In this document: one piece after another, positions 31,299-39,769 of the stretch | Layout: every line of letters begins with the position of its first letter | How positions within the stretch are numbered: position 1 is the stretch's first letter | Assembly: GCA_963762255.1 (NCBI GenBank) | Contig: CAVXKA010000001.1 | Location: 1,568,001 to 1,632,000, forward strand | Length of the DNA: 64,000 nt | DNA from: Candidatus Eiseniibacteriota bacterium | GTDB taxonomy: Bacteria > Eisenbacteria > RBG-16-71-46 > JABDJR01 | Direction: 5' to 3' | Program-made: the position numbers and the translations under genes | Notes under the pieces: generated by a model | What the model was told of the DNA's origin: nothing | The model's database searches: none | The model's input: the letters and a program-made list of their open reading frames with translations, nothing else

Positions 31299-32231
31299 GT
31301 GAACATCCTCATCACCGGAGGCGCGGGCTTCATCGGCTCCCACCTCTGCGATTTCCTGCTCGGCGAAGGCCACAGCGTGGTCGCGATGGACAACCTCTGC
31401 ACCGGGAGCGTGGACAACATCGCGCATATTCGCGATCCCAAGTTCACCTTCGTCCAGTACGACGTCACCAACTTCGTCTATGTCGAGGGCCCTCTCGACT
31501 ACGTGCTCCACTTCGCGAGCCCGGCGAGCCCGATCGACTATCTTCAGCTCCCCATCCAGACCCTGAAGGTGGGCGCCATCGGCACCCACAGGGCGCTCGG
31601 TCTGGCCAAGGCCAAAGGGGCGAAGTTCCTCATCGCGTCCACCAGCGAGACCTACGGCGATCCGCTGGTTCATCCCCAGCCCGAGACCTATTGGGGCAAT
31701 GTGAACCCGATCGGTTGGCGCGGGGTCTATGACGAGGCGAAGCGATTCGCTGAGGCCATGACCATGGCCTACCATCGCTACCACAACGTGGACACGAAGA
31801 TCGTGCGCATCTTCAACACCTTCGGCCCCCGCATGCGCAAGCACGACGGACGGGCCGTGCCCACGTTCATCAACCAGGCCGTGGCCGGCGAGGACATCAC
31901 CGTCTTCGGGGACGGGTCGCAGACTCGCTCCTTCGGCTACATCTCGGACCTGGTTGCCGGGATCTACAAGCTCATGCTCTCCGGCGAGAACGAGCCGGTG
32001 AACATCGGGAACCCCGAGGAGATGACGGTCAAGGAGATGGCGGAACTCATCATCGAGCTCACGCACTCCAAGAGCCGCTTGGTGTACGCACCTCTCCCCG
32101 AGGACGACCCCAAGGTCCGCCAGCCCGATATCAGCAAGGCCAAGCGGACCCTGGGCTGGCAGCCGAAGGTACCGGTGCGGGAGGGACTCGTCCGCACCGT
32201 CGAGTGGTTCCAGGCCAACCATCGCGCCTGA
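31299..32231 (+). CDS. UDP-glucuronate decarboxylase family (UXS-like) SDR
   Basis: [47 protein letters not shown]. Confidence 0.9.
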   Translation: MNILITGGAGFIGSHLCDFLLGEGHSVVAMDNLCTGSVDNIAHIRDPKFTFVQYDVTNFVYVEGPLDYVLHFASPASPIDYLQLPIQTLKVGAIGTHRALGLAKAKGAKFLIASTSETYGDPLVHPQPETYWGNVNPIGWRGVYDEAKRFAEAMTMAYHRYHNVDTKIVRIFNTFGPRMRKHDGRAVPTFINQAVAGEDITVFGDGSQTRSFGYISDLVAGIYKLMLSGENEPVNIGNPEEMTVKEMAELIIELTHSKSRLVYAPLPEDDPKVRQPDISKAKRTLGWQPKVPVREGLVRTVEWFQANHRA

Positions 32232-32246
32232 CGCGGGGAAGCGTGC

Positions 32247-32960
32247 ATGAAAGCGCTGGTCATCATTCCGACCTACAACGAAGCCGACAACGTCCGCGAA
32301 CTCCTGCCGCGCGTGCTGGAGCAACACGAGGGCATCGAGATCCTCGTGGTGGACGACAACTCCAAGGACGGCACCGGCGCCATCGTGGAGGAGATGCTCC
32401 GCAGCGAGCCGCGTATCCACGTACTGCACCGGCCGGGCAAACTCGGACTCGGTACCGCCTACGTGGACGGTTTTCGGTACGCGCTTGCGCGCGACTACGA
32501 CTTCGTTTTCGAGATGGACGCCGACTTCAGCCACGAACCCGACTCCATTCCGGCTTTCCTGGAAGCGATCCAAGAGGCCGATCTCGTGGTCGGATCCCGC
32601 TATCTGAACGGGGTCACCGTGGTGAACTGGCCGCTCTCGCGTCTCATCCTCTCTTACGGCGCCAATGTCTACACGCGCATCGTCACCGGGATGCCGCTCA
32701 AGGACGCCACCGGCGGGTTCAAGTGTTTCCGCAGCACCGCGCTCGCCCAGCTCGATCTGGATCGGGTCAGCTCGGACGGCTACGGTTTCCAGATCGAGAT
32801 GAACTTCAAGATCACGAAGAAGGGTCTGCGGGTTCGCGAGATCCCCATCGTATTCGCCGACCGGCGGGTCGGGATCAGCAAGATGAACAAGAAGATCGTC
32901 TGGGAAGCGATGTGGCTGGTGTGGAAGCTGCGCGCGCTCGATCTGACGGGAAGGCTCTAG
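32247..32960 (+). CDS. polyprenol monophosphomannose synthase
   Basis: IPTYNE, VDDNS.DGT, GKLGLGTAY, MDADFSH, DATGGFK, GY.FQIE, SKM. Confidence 0.92.
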   Translation: MKALVIIPTYNEADNVRELLPRVLEQHEGIEILVVDDNSKDGTGAIVEEMLRSEPRIHVLHRPGKLGLGTAYVDGFRYALARDYDFVFEMDADFSHEPDSIPAFLEAIQEADLVVGSRYLNGVTVVNWPLSRLILSYGANVYTRIVTGMPLKDATGGFKCFRSTALAQLDLDRVSSDGYGFQIEMNFKITKKGLRVREIPIVFADRRVGISKMNKKIVWEAMWLVWKLRALDLTGRL

Positions 32961-32961
32961 C

Positions 32962-35900
32962 GTGGCCGACGTCTCCGTCGTCATCGTCTCCTATCGCACG
33001 CCGGAGCACCTGCGCCGCTGCCTGGAGGCGTTGCGGGGCGATCCCTCCCCGCGGTCCCGCGAGATTCTGGTGGTGGACAACGCCTCGGGGGACGAAAGTC
33101 CCGACGTGGCTCGCTCCTTCCCCGAGGTGCGCCTCATCGAGACCGGCGCCAACCTCGGTTTCGCGGGGGGGGTGAACCGAGGCCTCGCCGAGGCGACCGG
33201 CCGCTTCATCGCCGTGCTCAACCCGGACATCGAGACCGCTCCCGGCGCCCTCGACGTTCTCGTCGATTTTCTGGAAGGTCACCCGGAGTCCGGCATCGTC
33301 GCTCCCAAGTTGCTGAACGCCGATGGATCGCTCCAGCACTCCTGCCGCCGCTACTACACGTTGAAGACGATCCTCCTGCGGCGCACCTTCCTCGACCGCT
33401 TCTTCCCGAACTCGGCCAGCCTGCGCAGCCATCTCATGCTCGACTACGACCATGCGTCGCCGCGCGCGGTGGATTGGGTGGCGGGCGCGGCGATGATGGT
33501 GCGACGCGAAGCGCTCGACGACGTCGGGCCCATGGACGAACGCTACTTCCTCTACTTCGAGGACGTGGATTGGTGCCAGCGCATGCAGGCGCGCGGCTGG
33601 CTGGTGCACTACGTTCCCGCCGCGATCATGACGCACGGCTGGCAGCGCGCGAGCGGCGCCCTGGGGCAGGCGGCGCGGCGCCACCTCGGGAGCGGACTGC
33701 GGTTCTACGACCGCTGGGGCGGGCTCCTCCTCGTGCTGCGCCGAAACGGCAGACTGTGGCGCATCGCCGCGCTCGTGGCGATCGATCTGGTGGCGGTATC
33801 CGCCGCCTTCGTGCTCGCCTATGTCTTCAGGCAGCGCGTGGCCTTCGTTCTCCACAAACCGTTGTGGTCGTTCTCCTTCTACAGCGGCTTCTTTGCGGCA
33901 AGCGTGCTGGTCACCATGGGGGCGTTCGCCCTGCAGAACCTTTACCGTGACGTGAAGGAAGGGGATTGGGTGGACGTGGCGTTCCGGGTGATCCGGGGCA
34001 CTACTCTCGGCGCCCTGATCCTCATGGCCAGCACCTTCATCCTCGACATGCGCTCCTACTCCCGCGCCATCGTGCTCGGTTCATGGCCGCTCGCCGCCGT
34101 CCTCGTCTTCCTGGGACGACGCGCGCTGCACGCGACGTTTGCGCGCGCCCGCCGCGACCGCTGGAACCTGCGCCGAGTGGCGCTCTTGGGCGTCGATCCC
34201 GCGCTCGACGTGCTCGAGCGCACGCTGCACGAACACCCCGAGCTGGGCTGGGAGCCGGTCCGGCTGCGGCGCACGCCCTGGCTGGACCTCCCCCCGCGCG
34301 AGGCGGAGGAAGTCCTTCTCGGCCGGCTGGCCGGCGAGCGCGTGTCCGACGTGGTCGTGACGCCGGCGTCGCTGGGCGTGAGCGAGGAGGATCTCACCGC
34401 GAGACTCCTCCCCGTGCGTCGCGCGGGTCTGGGTGTGCGCGTGGTCTCCTCGTTCGTGGCGGGTCTCCCGCCGAGAGCGCGCGTGGAGCGGGTGGGGGAG
34501 ACTTCGTGGCTCACGCTCGAGGGCGCCGGCTTGCGGCACGCGGGATGGAGCAAGCGGGCGCTGGACGTAGCGGCCTCGTCTCTGCTCTTGGTGCTCGGCG
34601 TGATCCCGTTCGTGCTCCTGTGGGCGGCGCGCCTTCCGCACGGTACCGTGTGGGAGCCGCCGGAGGTGCGGATCGGACGCTGGGGCGAGACGTTTTCCGT
34701 TCGCCGGCTTTCCGGCAAAGGGCGGCTGCGCTCGTTTCCCCTTCTGTTCGCCGTCCTTCGGGGACGGCTCAGCCTCGTCGGGCCGCGCCCGCTGGGCCCG
34801 GAAGAGGACGTGCCGGGAGGCGAGCCCTGGCGGCGCGTCCGCGAGAACCATCGGCCCGGCCTCGTCGGTCCGTGGAGCCTCGCCCCCGCAGGGTCTCCGG
34901 ACGACGAGATGCGGCAGGAACTGTGTTATCTGGAAGAATGGACTCCCGAGTTGGACTTGAAACTATTGACCCGCGTCGCGCTCCGGCGCCCGCGCGGAGA
35001 AAAGGGGAACGGAGCGGTGCGTAACGCGTCTGCCCGAGCGTCCGCGGTCACCCTCATCGCCGGTCTCGCGCTGGTTCTTGCCGCCGCGCCCTCCGCGCGG
35101 GCGCAGAACGTCGCCGAGGCCTTCACCCCCTACGTGAACGCGTGGGATCTGCGGGACATCGCCACCGATACGTCGGGCCGGCTGTGGATCGCCTCCAACG
35201 GCGGCGCGCTCCGCTTCGATCCCGGCACCCAAGTGTTCACCCAGTTTCCGCGGCTCCTCGGTACCGGTCCCCGCGGGAACGATCTCGTCACGGTGGCGGT
35301 CGACCAGACCGGAAAGGTCTGGTTCGGCAGCGCCTCGCGCGGATTCACGTTCTACGATCTCACCACGGGGGATTGGGACCGGCGCGTGGCCGACGATTGG
35401 TCCGATCCGCGCATCCGCGTGATCCGCACCTTCGGGGCCGGCGTGTACGTGGGGACGCAGGACGGTCTGACCCTGAAACCGACCCCGAACCGCAGCGACG
35501 TGTGCGCTTCGGCGGCGCCGGGGTGCCTTCTGCCGTCCTATGTCGTGAACGATTTCGCGCTCGTCGGCTCGAATCTTTGGGTGGCTACTCAAAGCGGTCT
35601 CGGACGATTCAACGGGGAGAGCTGGGACAGCTCGGCAGTGTTACCGCCGGGATCGGTGGGGTACAACGCGCTTTCCATCGTCGACTTTGACGGCACGCTG
35701 TGGGAGGCGTCCGCGGGCAACCGATCGGTGCGCCGGCTGGTCGGAGGCGACTGGGACACCACCGGGGCCGCGGCGGATCGTCTGGTGGTGACCGGCGGCA
35801 GCCTCTTCGGCCTTCGGGGGACTCAGGTTCTGGAGTGGAACCAGGCGACGGAGTCGTGGGACGTTGTGACGCTCCCGGTGACCCCGCCCGGCACCGTCAA

Positions 35901-37293
35901 CGACGTGGAAGTGGTGGGCGACACCATCTTTCTCGCCACCGCGCGCGGGCTCGCCTTCGGACCTCGCGGATCGTCGAGCGGCGGGGAGATTCGCGTCCCG
36001 CCGGGCCCCGCACTTGTCGATGTCTACGCCGGGATCGCCGTCGACGCCGACGGCACGGTCTGGGCCGGCACGCAGGGCGCGGAGGTCGGTCTTGTGCGGT
36101 TCGACGGGAGCGCGTGGAGCGTGCTGCGAGGAGGGGACAAGTTAGGCGGAGACTGGATCTTCGATGTCCTCAGCGACGGCGAAGGACGCATCTGGATCGG
36201 CCACTGCTGTTGCTCGGAGATAGACCACTGCCAGCTCGAATTCGGTTCGGGCACTGAGTTCACCAAGCTCCCCGCGCTGCGCAACGCGTACCAGATCGCC
36301 GAGGACTCGCAGGGCCGCATCTGGGGCGGCACCGACCGCTACGGCGCGTTCGTGCTCCAGGAGCAGGGCGCGGACGACTGGCAGCAGGTGCTCGATCTGA
36401 CCCAGGCCGGTACCGGAGGGGCTCTGGCGTCGAACTCGATTCGCGACATTGCGGTGACCGGCAATGGGACGTATTTCGGCAACCGCCTCGCCGGTCTCGA
36501 CTACTGGCCCCACGGCGGGAACCTCGCCAACGGGAGCAGCGGCTCGAACTGGACTCACGTCGGCGATACCGGTTTCAGCCTCTACGATCTCAACGTCGGC
36601 GCCATCACGCCTGCGGGGAGCGATGTGTGGGTGGGGACGAGCACCGGCCTCCATCGATTCCGCGATGGAGTTCTTCTCAACCGCTGTCCGACCTCTCTCG
36701 CCGATCTCGTCGACGACCAGGCCCGCCCCGTCACCGCGCTGGTTGCAGATGGCCTGGGCGGGCTCTGGGTAGGCACCTCCGATGGGTTGCTTCACCTGCC
36801 GCGGGGCGGCGCATGCAACCAGAGCGATCGGGGATTCGCGCTCTATACCGAGGACAACTCGGCGCTGCCCAGCAACGCGATCCACTCCGGCGCACTGAAT
36901 CCCAAGGACGGATCGGTGTGGTTCGGGACCGCCTCCGGCCTGGTGCGGATCGATCCCGCCAAGCTCAACCCGGGCGATGCGCCGGAAGACCAATACGTGC
37001 TCTACCCCAACCCGTTCGATCTCAGCCTCGGCAAACGGGTCACCTTGGGGATCGAGATCGCGGGGACGCTGGTGCAGGGGGTGGCTCTGGCGGACTTCGG
37101 TCGCCCCGAGGTGTTTGACCTCACCGGGCGCAAGGTCGGCGTGTTCGACGTCTACAACGACCGCGGCCGGCAGACCTGGGTGTGGTTGGGCAAGAACCTG
37201 AACGGCGACTCGGTGGTCCCAGGCCTGTACCTGGTGCGGGCCCGCGCGGTGACCGGCGAGACCGTCGTGCTCAAGCTGGGAGTGCGCTGGTGA
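32962..37293 (+). CDS. 1443-aa ORF: GT2 (WbbL-like) + degenerate WcaJ-like sugar transferase + PorZ-like beta-propeller protein with CTD; possibly two genes
   Basis: VDNAS.D, NLGFAGG.N, LNPD, DWVAGA, YFLYFEDVDWC; 4 TMs + RRVALLG; KRALD...LSLVGPRP; internal signal-peptide-like segment from GTG 35017. Confidence 0.75.
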   Translation: MADVSVVIVSYRTPEHLRRCLEALRGDPSPRSREILVVDNASGDESPDVARSFPEVRLIETGANLGFAGGVNRGLAEATGRFIAVLNPDIETAPGALDVLVDFLEGHPESGIVAPKLLNADGSLQHSCRRYYTLKTILLRRTFLDRFFPNSASLRSHLMLDYDHASPRAVDWVAGAAMMVRREALDDVGPMDERYFLYFEDVDWCQRMQARGWLVHYVPAAIMTHGWQRASGALGQAARRHLGSGLRFYDRWGGLLLVLRRNGRLWRIAALVAIDLVAVSAAFVLAYVFRQRVAFVLHKPLWSFSFYSGFFAASVLVTMGAFALQNLYRDVKEGDWVDVAFRVIRGTTLGALILMASTFILDMRSYSRAIVLGSWPLAAVLVFLGRRALHATFARARRDRWNLRRVALLGVDPALDVLERTLHEHPELGWEPVRLRRTPWLDLPPREAEEVLLGRLAGERVSDVVVTPASLGVSEEDLTARLLPVRRAGLGVRVVSSFVAGLPPRARVERVGETSWLTLEGAGLRHAGWSKRALDVAASSLLLVLGVIPFVLLWAARLPHGTVWEPPEVRIGRWGETFSVRRLSGKGRLRSFPLLFAVLRGRLSLVGPRPLGPEEDVPGGEPWRRVRENHRPGLVGPWSLAPAGSPDDEMRQELCYLEEWTPELDLKLLTRVALRRPRGEKGNGAVRNASARASAVTLIAGLALVLAAAPSARAQNVAEAFTPYVNAWDLRDIATDTSGRLWIASNGGALRFDPGTQVFTQFPRLLGTGPRGNDLVTVAVDQTGKVWFGSASRGFTFYDLTTGDWDRRVADDWSDPRIRVIRTFGAGVYVGTQDGLTLKPTPNRSDVCASAAPGCLLPSYVVNDFALVGSNLWVATQSGLGRFNGESWDSSAVLPPGSVGYNALSIVDFDGTLWEASAGNRSVRRLVGGDWDTTGAAADRLVVTGGSLFGLRGTQVLEWNQATESWDVVTLPVTPPGTVNDVEVVGDTIFLATARGLAFGPRGSSSGGEIRVPPGPALVDVYAGIAVDADGTVWAGTQGAEVGLVRFDGSAWSVLRGGDKLGGDWIFDVLSDGEGRIWIGHCCCSEIDHCQLEFGSGTEFTKLPALRNAYQIAEDSQGRIWGGTDRYGAFVLQEQGADDWQQVLDLTQAGTGGALASNSIRDIAVTGNGTYFGNRLAGLDYWPHGGNLANGSSGSNWTHVGDTGFSLYDLNVGAITPAGSDVWVGTSTGLHRFRDGVLLNRCPTSLADLVDDQARPVTALVADGLGGLWVGTSDGLLHLPRGGACNQSDRGFALYTEDNSALPSNAIHSGALNPKDGSVWFGTASGLVRIDPAKLNPGDAPEDQYVLYPNPFDLSLGKRVTLGIEIAGTLVQGVALADFGRPEVFDLTGRKVGVFDVYNDRGRQTWVWLGKNLNGDSVVPGLYLVRARAVTGETVVLKLGVRW
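35017..37293 (+). CDS. PorZ-like secreted two-component-regulator-type beta-propeller with FlgD/T9SS-like CTD (probable independent start)
   Basis: GGAG RBS + GTG; signal peptide ending ARA|Q; repeated D..G..W.G[TS]..G[LA] blades; YPNPF...VFDLTGRKV...WLGKNLNGDSVVPGLYLV...KLGVRW. Confidence 0.7.
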   Translation: MRNASARASAVTLIAGLALVLAAAPSARAQNVAEAFTPYVNAWDLRDIATDTSGRLWIASNGGALRFDPGTQVFTQFPRLLGTGPRGNDLVTVAVDQTGKVWFGSASRGFTFYDLTTGDWDRRVADDWSDPRIRVIRTFGAGVYVGTQDGLTLKPTPNRSDVCASAAPGCLLPSYVVNDFALVGSNLWVATQSGLGRFNGESWDSSAVLPPGSVGYNALSIVDFDGTLWEASAGNRSVRRLVGGDWDTTGAAADRLVVTGGSLFGLRGTQVLEWNQATESWDVVTLPVTPPGTVNDVEVVGDTIFLATARGLAFGPRGSSSGGEIRVPPGPALVDVYAGIAVDADGTVWAGTQGAEVGLVRFDGSAWSVLRGGDKLGGDWIFDVLSDGEGRIWIGHCCCSEIDHCQLEFGSGTEFTKLPALRNAYQIAEDSQGRIWGGTDRYGAFVLQEQGADDWQQVLDLTQAGTGGALASNSIRDIAVTGNGTYFGNRLAGLDYWPHGGNLANGSSGSNWTHVGDTGFSLYDLNVGAITPAGSDVWVGTSTGLHRFRDGVLLNRCPTSLADLVDDQARPVTALVADGLGGLWVGTSDGLLHLPRGGACNQSDRGFALYTEDNSALPSNAIHSGALNPKDGSVWFGTASGLVRIDPAKLNPGDAPEDQYVLYPNPFDLSLGKRVTLGIEIAGTLVQGVALADFGRPEVFDLTGRKVGVFDVYNDRGRQTWVWLGKNLNGDSVVPGLYLVRARAVTGETVVLKLGVRW

Positions 37294-38774
37294 AGGAGAC
37301 GCGAGTACTCGTCGTCGGCGCGGGAAGCGCCGGCGTGATGGCGGTGCGCGAGATGCGGGGGCACCCCGACTCGGGCTATCTGCCGGTCGCGTTCATCGAC
37401 GACGATCCCGCCAAGCAGGGGCAGGTGATCGAGGGAGTCCCTGTGCGGGGTGGCAGCGAGGCGATCCTGCCCGTCCTTGGGGACACGCGCGCCGAGGAGA
37501 TCCTCATCGCGCTTCCCTCGGTGCACGGCGGTGTGATCCGCCGCATCGTCGAGATCTGCCGCAACGAGCGCGTGCGTTTCCGCATCGTGCCCGGGATCTG
37601 GGAGATCATCCGGGGCGACGTGCGCATCGACCACATCCGGCGCATCGAGCCCGAGGATCTTCTCGGCCGCGAAACGGTGGAGGCCGATCCCGCGCTGGTG
37701 GCTCCGGTCTACAGGGGCCGGCGAGTCCTGGTGACGGGAGCGGGCGGCTCGATCGGCCGCGAGCTGGCGCGACAGGCGCTGGACCTGGGCCCGGAGCGCC
37801 TCGTGCTGATGGGTCGGGGAGAGAACAGCCTCTTCGAAAGCGAATTGGGGTTGCGGCGGACGATCGGGGGGGACGGGGTGGAGCTGGCGCTCGTGGATCT
37901 GCGCGACCGGGAGGCGGTACGCCGAACGCTGCGGCGGGTGAAGCCGCACATCGTCCTGCATGCCGCCGCTCACAAGCACGTCACCTTCATGGAGCGCTAC
38001 CCCGAAGAGGCGGTGATCAACAACGTGGTCGCTACGCGCGATCTCATCGACGCCTGCGGCGATGCGGGGGTCGAGCGGTTCGTCATGCTGAGCACGGACA
38101 AAGCGGTGAACCCGCGAAGCGTGATGGGAGCCTCCAAGCGGGTCGCCGAACTACTCATCGGCGAGCGCACCGCGCGCGGGTCGTCGGTGCGGCTCATGGC
38201 GGTGCGATTCGGGAACGTCTTGGGGAGTCGAGGCTCGGTGGTGCCGCTCTTTCTGCATCAGATCGCTCGCGGCGGTCCCGTTACGGTGGCGCATCCCGAC
38301 ACCACCCGCTACTTCATGACGGTGAAGGAAGCGGCGATGCTGGTGCTCGAGGCGGGAGCTCTGGGCGAGGGCGGCGAAATCTTCATCCTCGACATGGGTG
38401 AGCAGCTCAATATCCTCGATCTGGCCCGAGGCCTGGTCACGCTTTCGGGCCTGCGCCCCGATGCCGACATCCCGATCGTGATCACCGGTCTCAAGCCGGG
38501 AGAGAAGCTCCGCGAGGAATTGGTGCACGACTTCGAGGAATTGACGCCGACATCGGTGGCCAAGATCGGCGCCGCCCGCCGACGCAGCGGCGAGAGCCCC
38601 GCTGTGGAAGCCGCGATCCCCGAGTTGGAAACGCTGGCCCGGGCGGCCGACCGCGACGGGATCACGCGGGTTCTTGCGAGGCTTGTCCCGGAGGCGTGCT
38701 TCCCCGGGAGCAACGGGAGCAAGGGTCCGTCATCCGCGGGCGCTCCTTCCTCGGTCTCCCGGAGATCCCGATAG
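37290..38774 (+). CDS. UDP-GlcNAc 4,6-dehydratase (CapD/PglF family), lacking the N-terminal TM region
   Basis: VVGAGSAG..FIDDDP.K, EDLLGR, TGAGGSIG, HAAAHKHV, STDKAVNP, RFGNVLGSRGSVVP, GEKL.EEL. Confidence 0.92.
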   Translation: MKETRVLVVGAGSAGVMAVREMRGHPDSGYLPVAFIDDDPAKQGQVIEGVPVRGGSEAILPVLGDTRAEEILIALPSVHGGVIRRIVEICRNERVRFRIVPGIWEIIRGDVRIDHIRRIEPEDLLGRETVEADPALVAPVYRGRRVLVTGAGGSIGRELARQALDLGPERLVLMGRGENSLFESELGLRRTIGGDGVELALVDLRDREAVRRTLRRVKPHIVLHAAAHKHVTFMERYPEEAVINNVVATRDLIDACGDAGVERFVMLSTDKAVNPRSVMGASKRVAELLIGERTARGSSVRLMAVRFGNVLGSRGSVVPLFLHQIARGGPVTVAHPDTTRYFMTVKEAAMLVLEAGALGEGGEIFILDMGEQLNILDLARGLVTLSGLRPDADIPIVITGLKPGEKLREELVHDFEELTPTSVAKIGAARRRSGESPAVEAAIPELETLARAADRDGITRVLARLVPEACFPGSNGSKGPSSAGAPSSVSRRSR

Positions 38775-38782
38775 GGGAGCCC

Positions 38783-39769
38783 GTGCTACGCGTGGAACGA
38801 TCGGCCGAGGCCCCACCCGACTGGGCCCGGCTCTGCGAAGAGAGTTCCCGAGCCACGCTCTTTCTCCACCCGCGTTGGATGGAGGCTATCACCCGCGCCT
38901 ATCCACGCTACCGGCCGCTCTACCTCGTGGCCACCGACGCCGGGACCGTGGCCGGGATGCTCCCGCTCGTCCGCTTCCGCCGTTTCGGACTCGACCAATA
39001 CCTGTCCATGCCGTTCGGCACCCACGGCGGACCTCTGCTGGCCACGGGCGCGGACCCGGCCACCGCGGGAGCGCTGGCCAAATCGTTCCGACGCCTGGTG
39101 CGCGGCGGGCGCGTGCTGCGCTTCGAGATGACGATGTTCGATCCGTCGGACGATCTCCGCGAGGCGCTGGCGCCTTCTCTCGGCCACACCTTTCAGGACT
39201 TTCGCACGCACCTGGTCGATCTGCGCGAAGGTTTCGACGAGCTGTGGCGGAAAGCCTACAACAAGAACACGCGCAACTGCGTGCGGATGGCGGAGGGCGC
39301 GGGGGTGACGGTAGCGCAGGAGCGCGGCGAGGACGCGATCGCGTCCCTCCACCTGCTTCATGCCGCGCAGAGCATGGAATGGGAGGGAATCCCGCCCCAT
39401 TCGCAGGAGGCGCTTCGCGCCATCGTCGACTCCCTCGGGGAAGACGCGCGCATCTACATCGCGCGTCGCGAGGGAGAGTTGTTGTCCGCGTGCCTCTTTC
39501 TCGAACACGGCGGACGCGAGATCCATCCCTGGGTGAGCGGGTCGGCCAAAGCGGCGCGGCCGCTGCGCGCCTTTCACAAGCTCATCAGCGACCCGCTTCG
39601 CGACGCCTGTGCGCGCGGTCTCGAGACCTGGGACTTCGGCGGGAGCGGCGGCAATCCCAAGATCGAGTTCTTCAAGGAATCCTTCGGCGGCAAGCCGGTG
39701 CCGGTGCTGCGCTGCTTTCACGTCGCGGAGTGGTGGCGGAAGCTGCGGCGAGGCCCGGCGTGGGATTGA
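38783..39769 (+). CDS. FemAB-like GNAT protein
   Basis: F..P.W, SMPFGT.GG, VDL...R..VR.A...GV, WDFGGS...FFK.SFGG. Confidence 0.8.
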   Translation: MLRVERSAEAPPDWARLCEESSRATLFLHPRWMEAITRAYPRYRPLYLVATDAGTVAGMLPLVRFRRFGLDQYLSMPFGTHGGPLLATGADPATAGALAKSFRRLVRGGRVLRFEMTMFDPSDDLREALAPSLGHTFQDFRTHLVDLREGFDELWRKAYNKNTRNCVRMAEGAGVTVAQERGEDAIASLHLLHAAQSMEWEGIPPHSQEALRAIVDSLGEDARIYIARREGELLSACLFLEHGGREIHPWVSGSAKAARPLRAFHKLISDPLRDACARGLETWDFGGSGGNPKIEFFKESFGGKPVPVLRCFHVAEWWRKLRRGPAWD

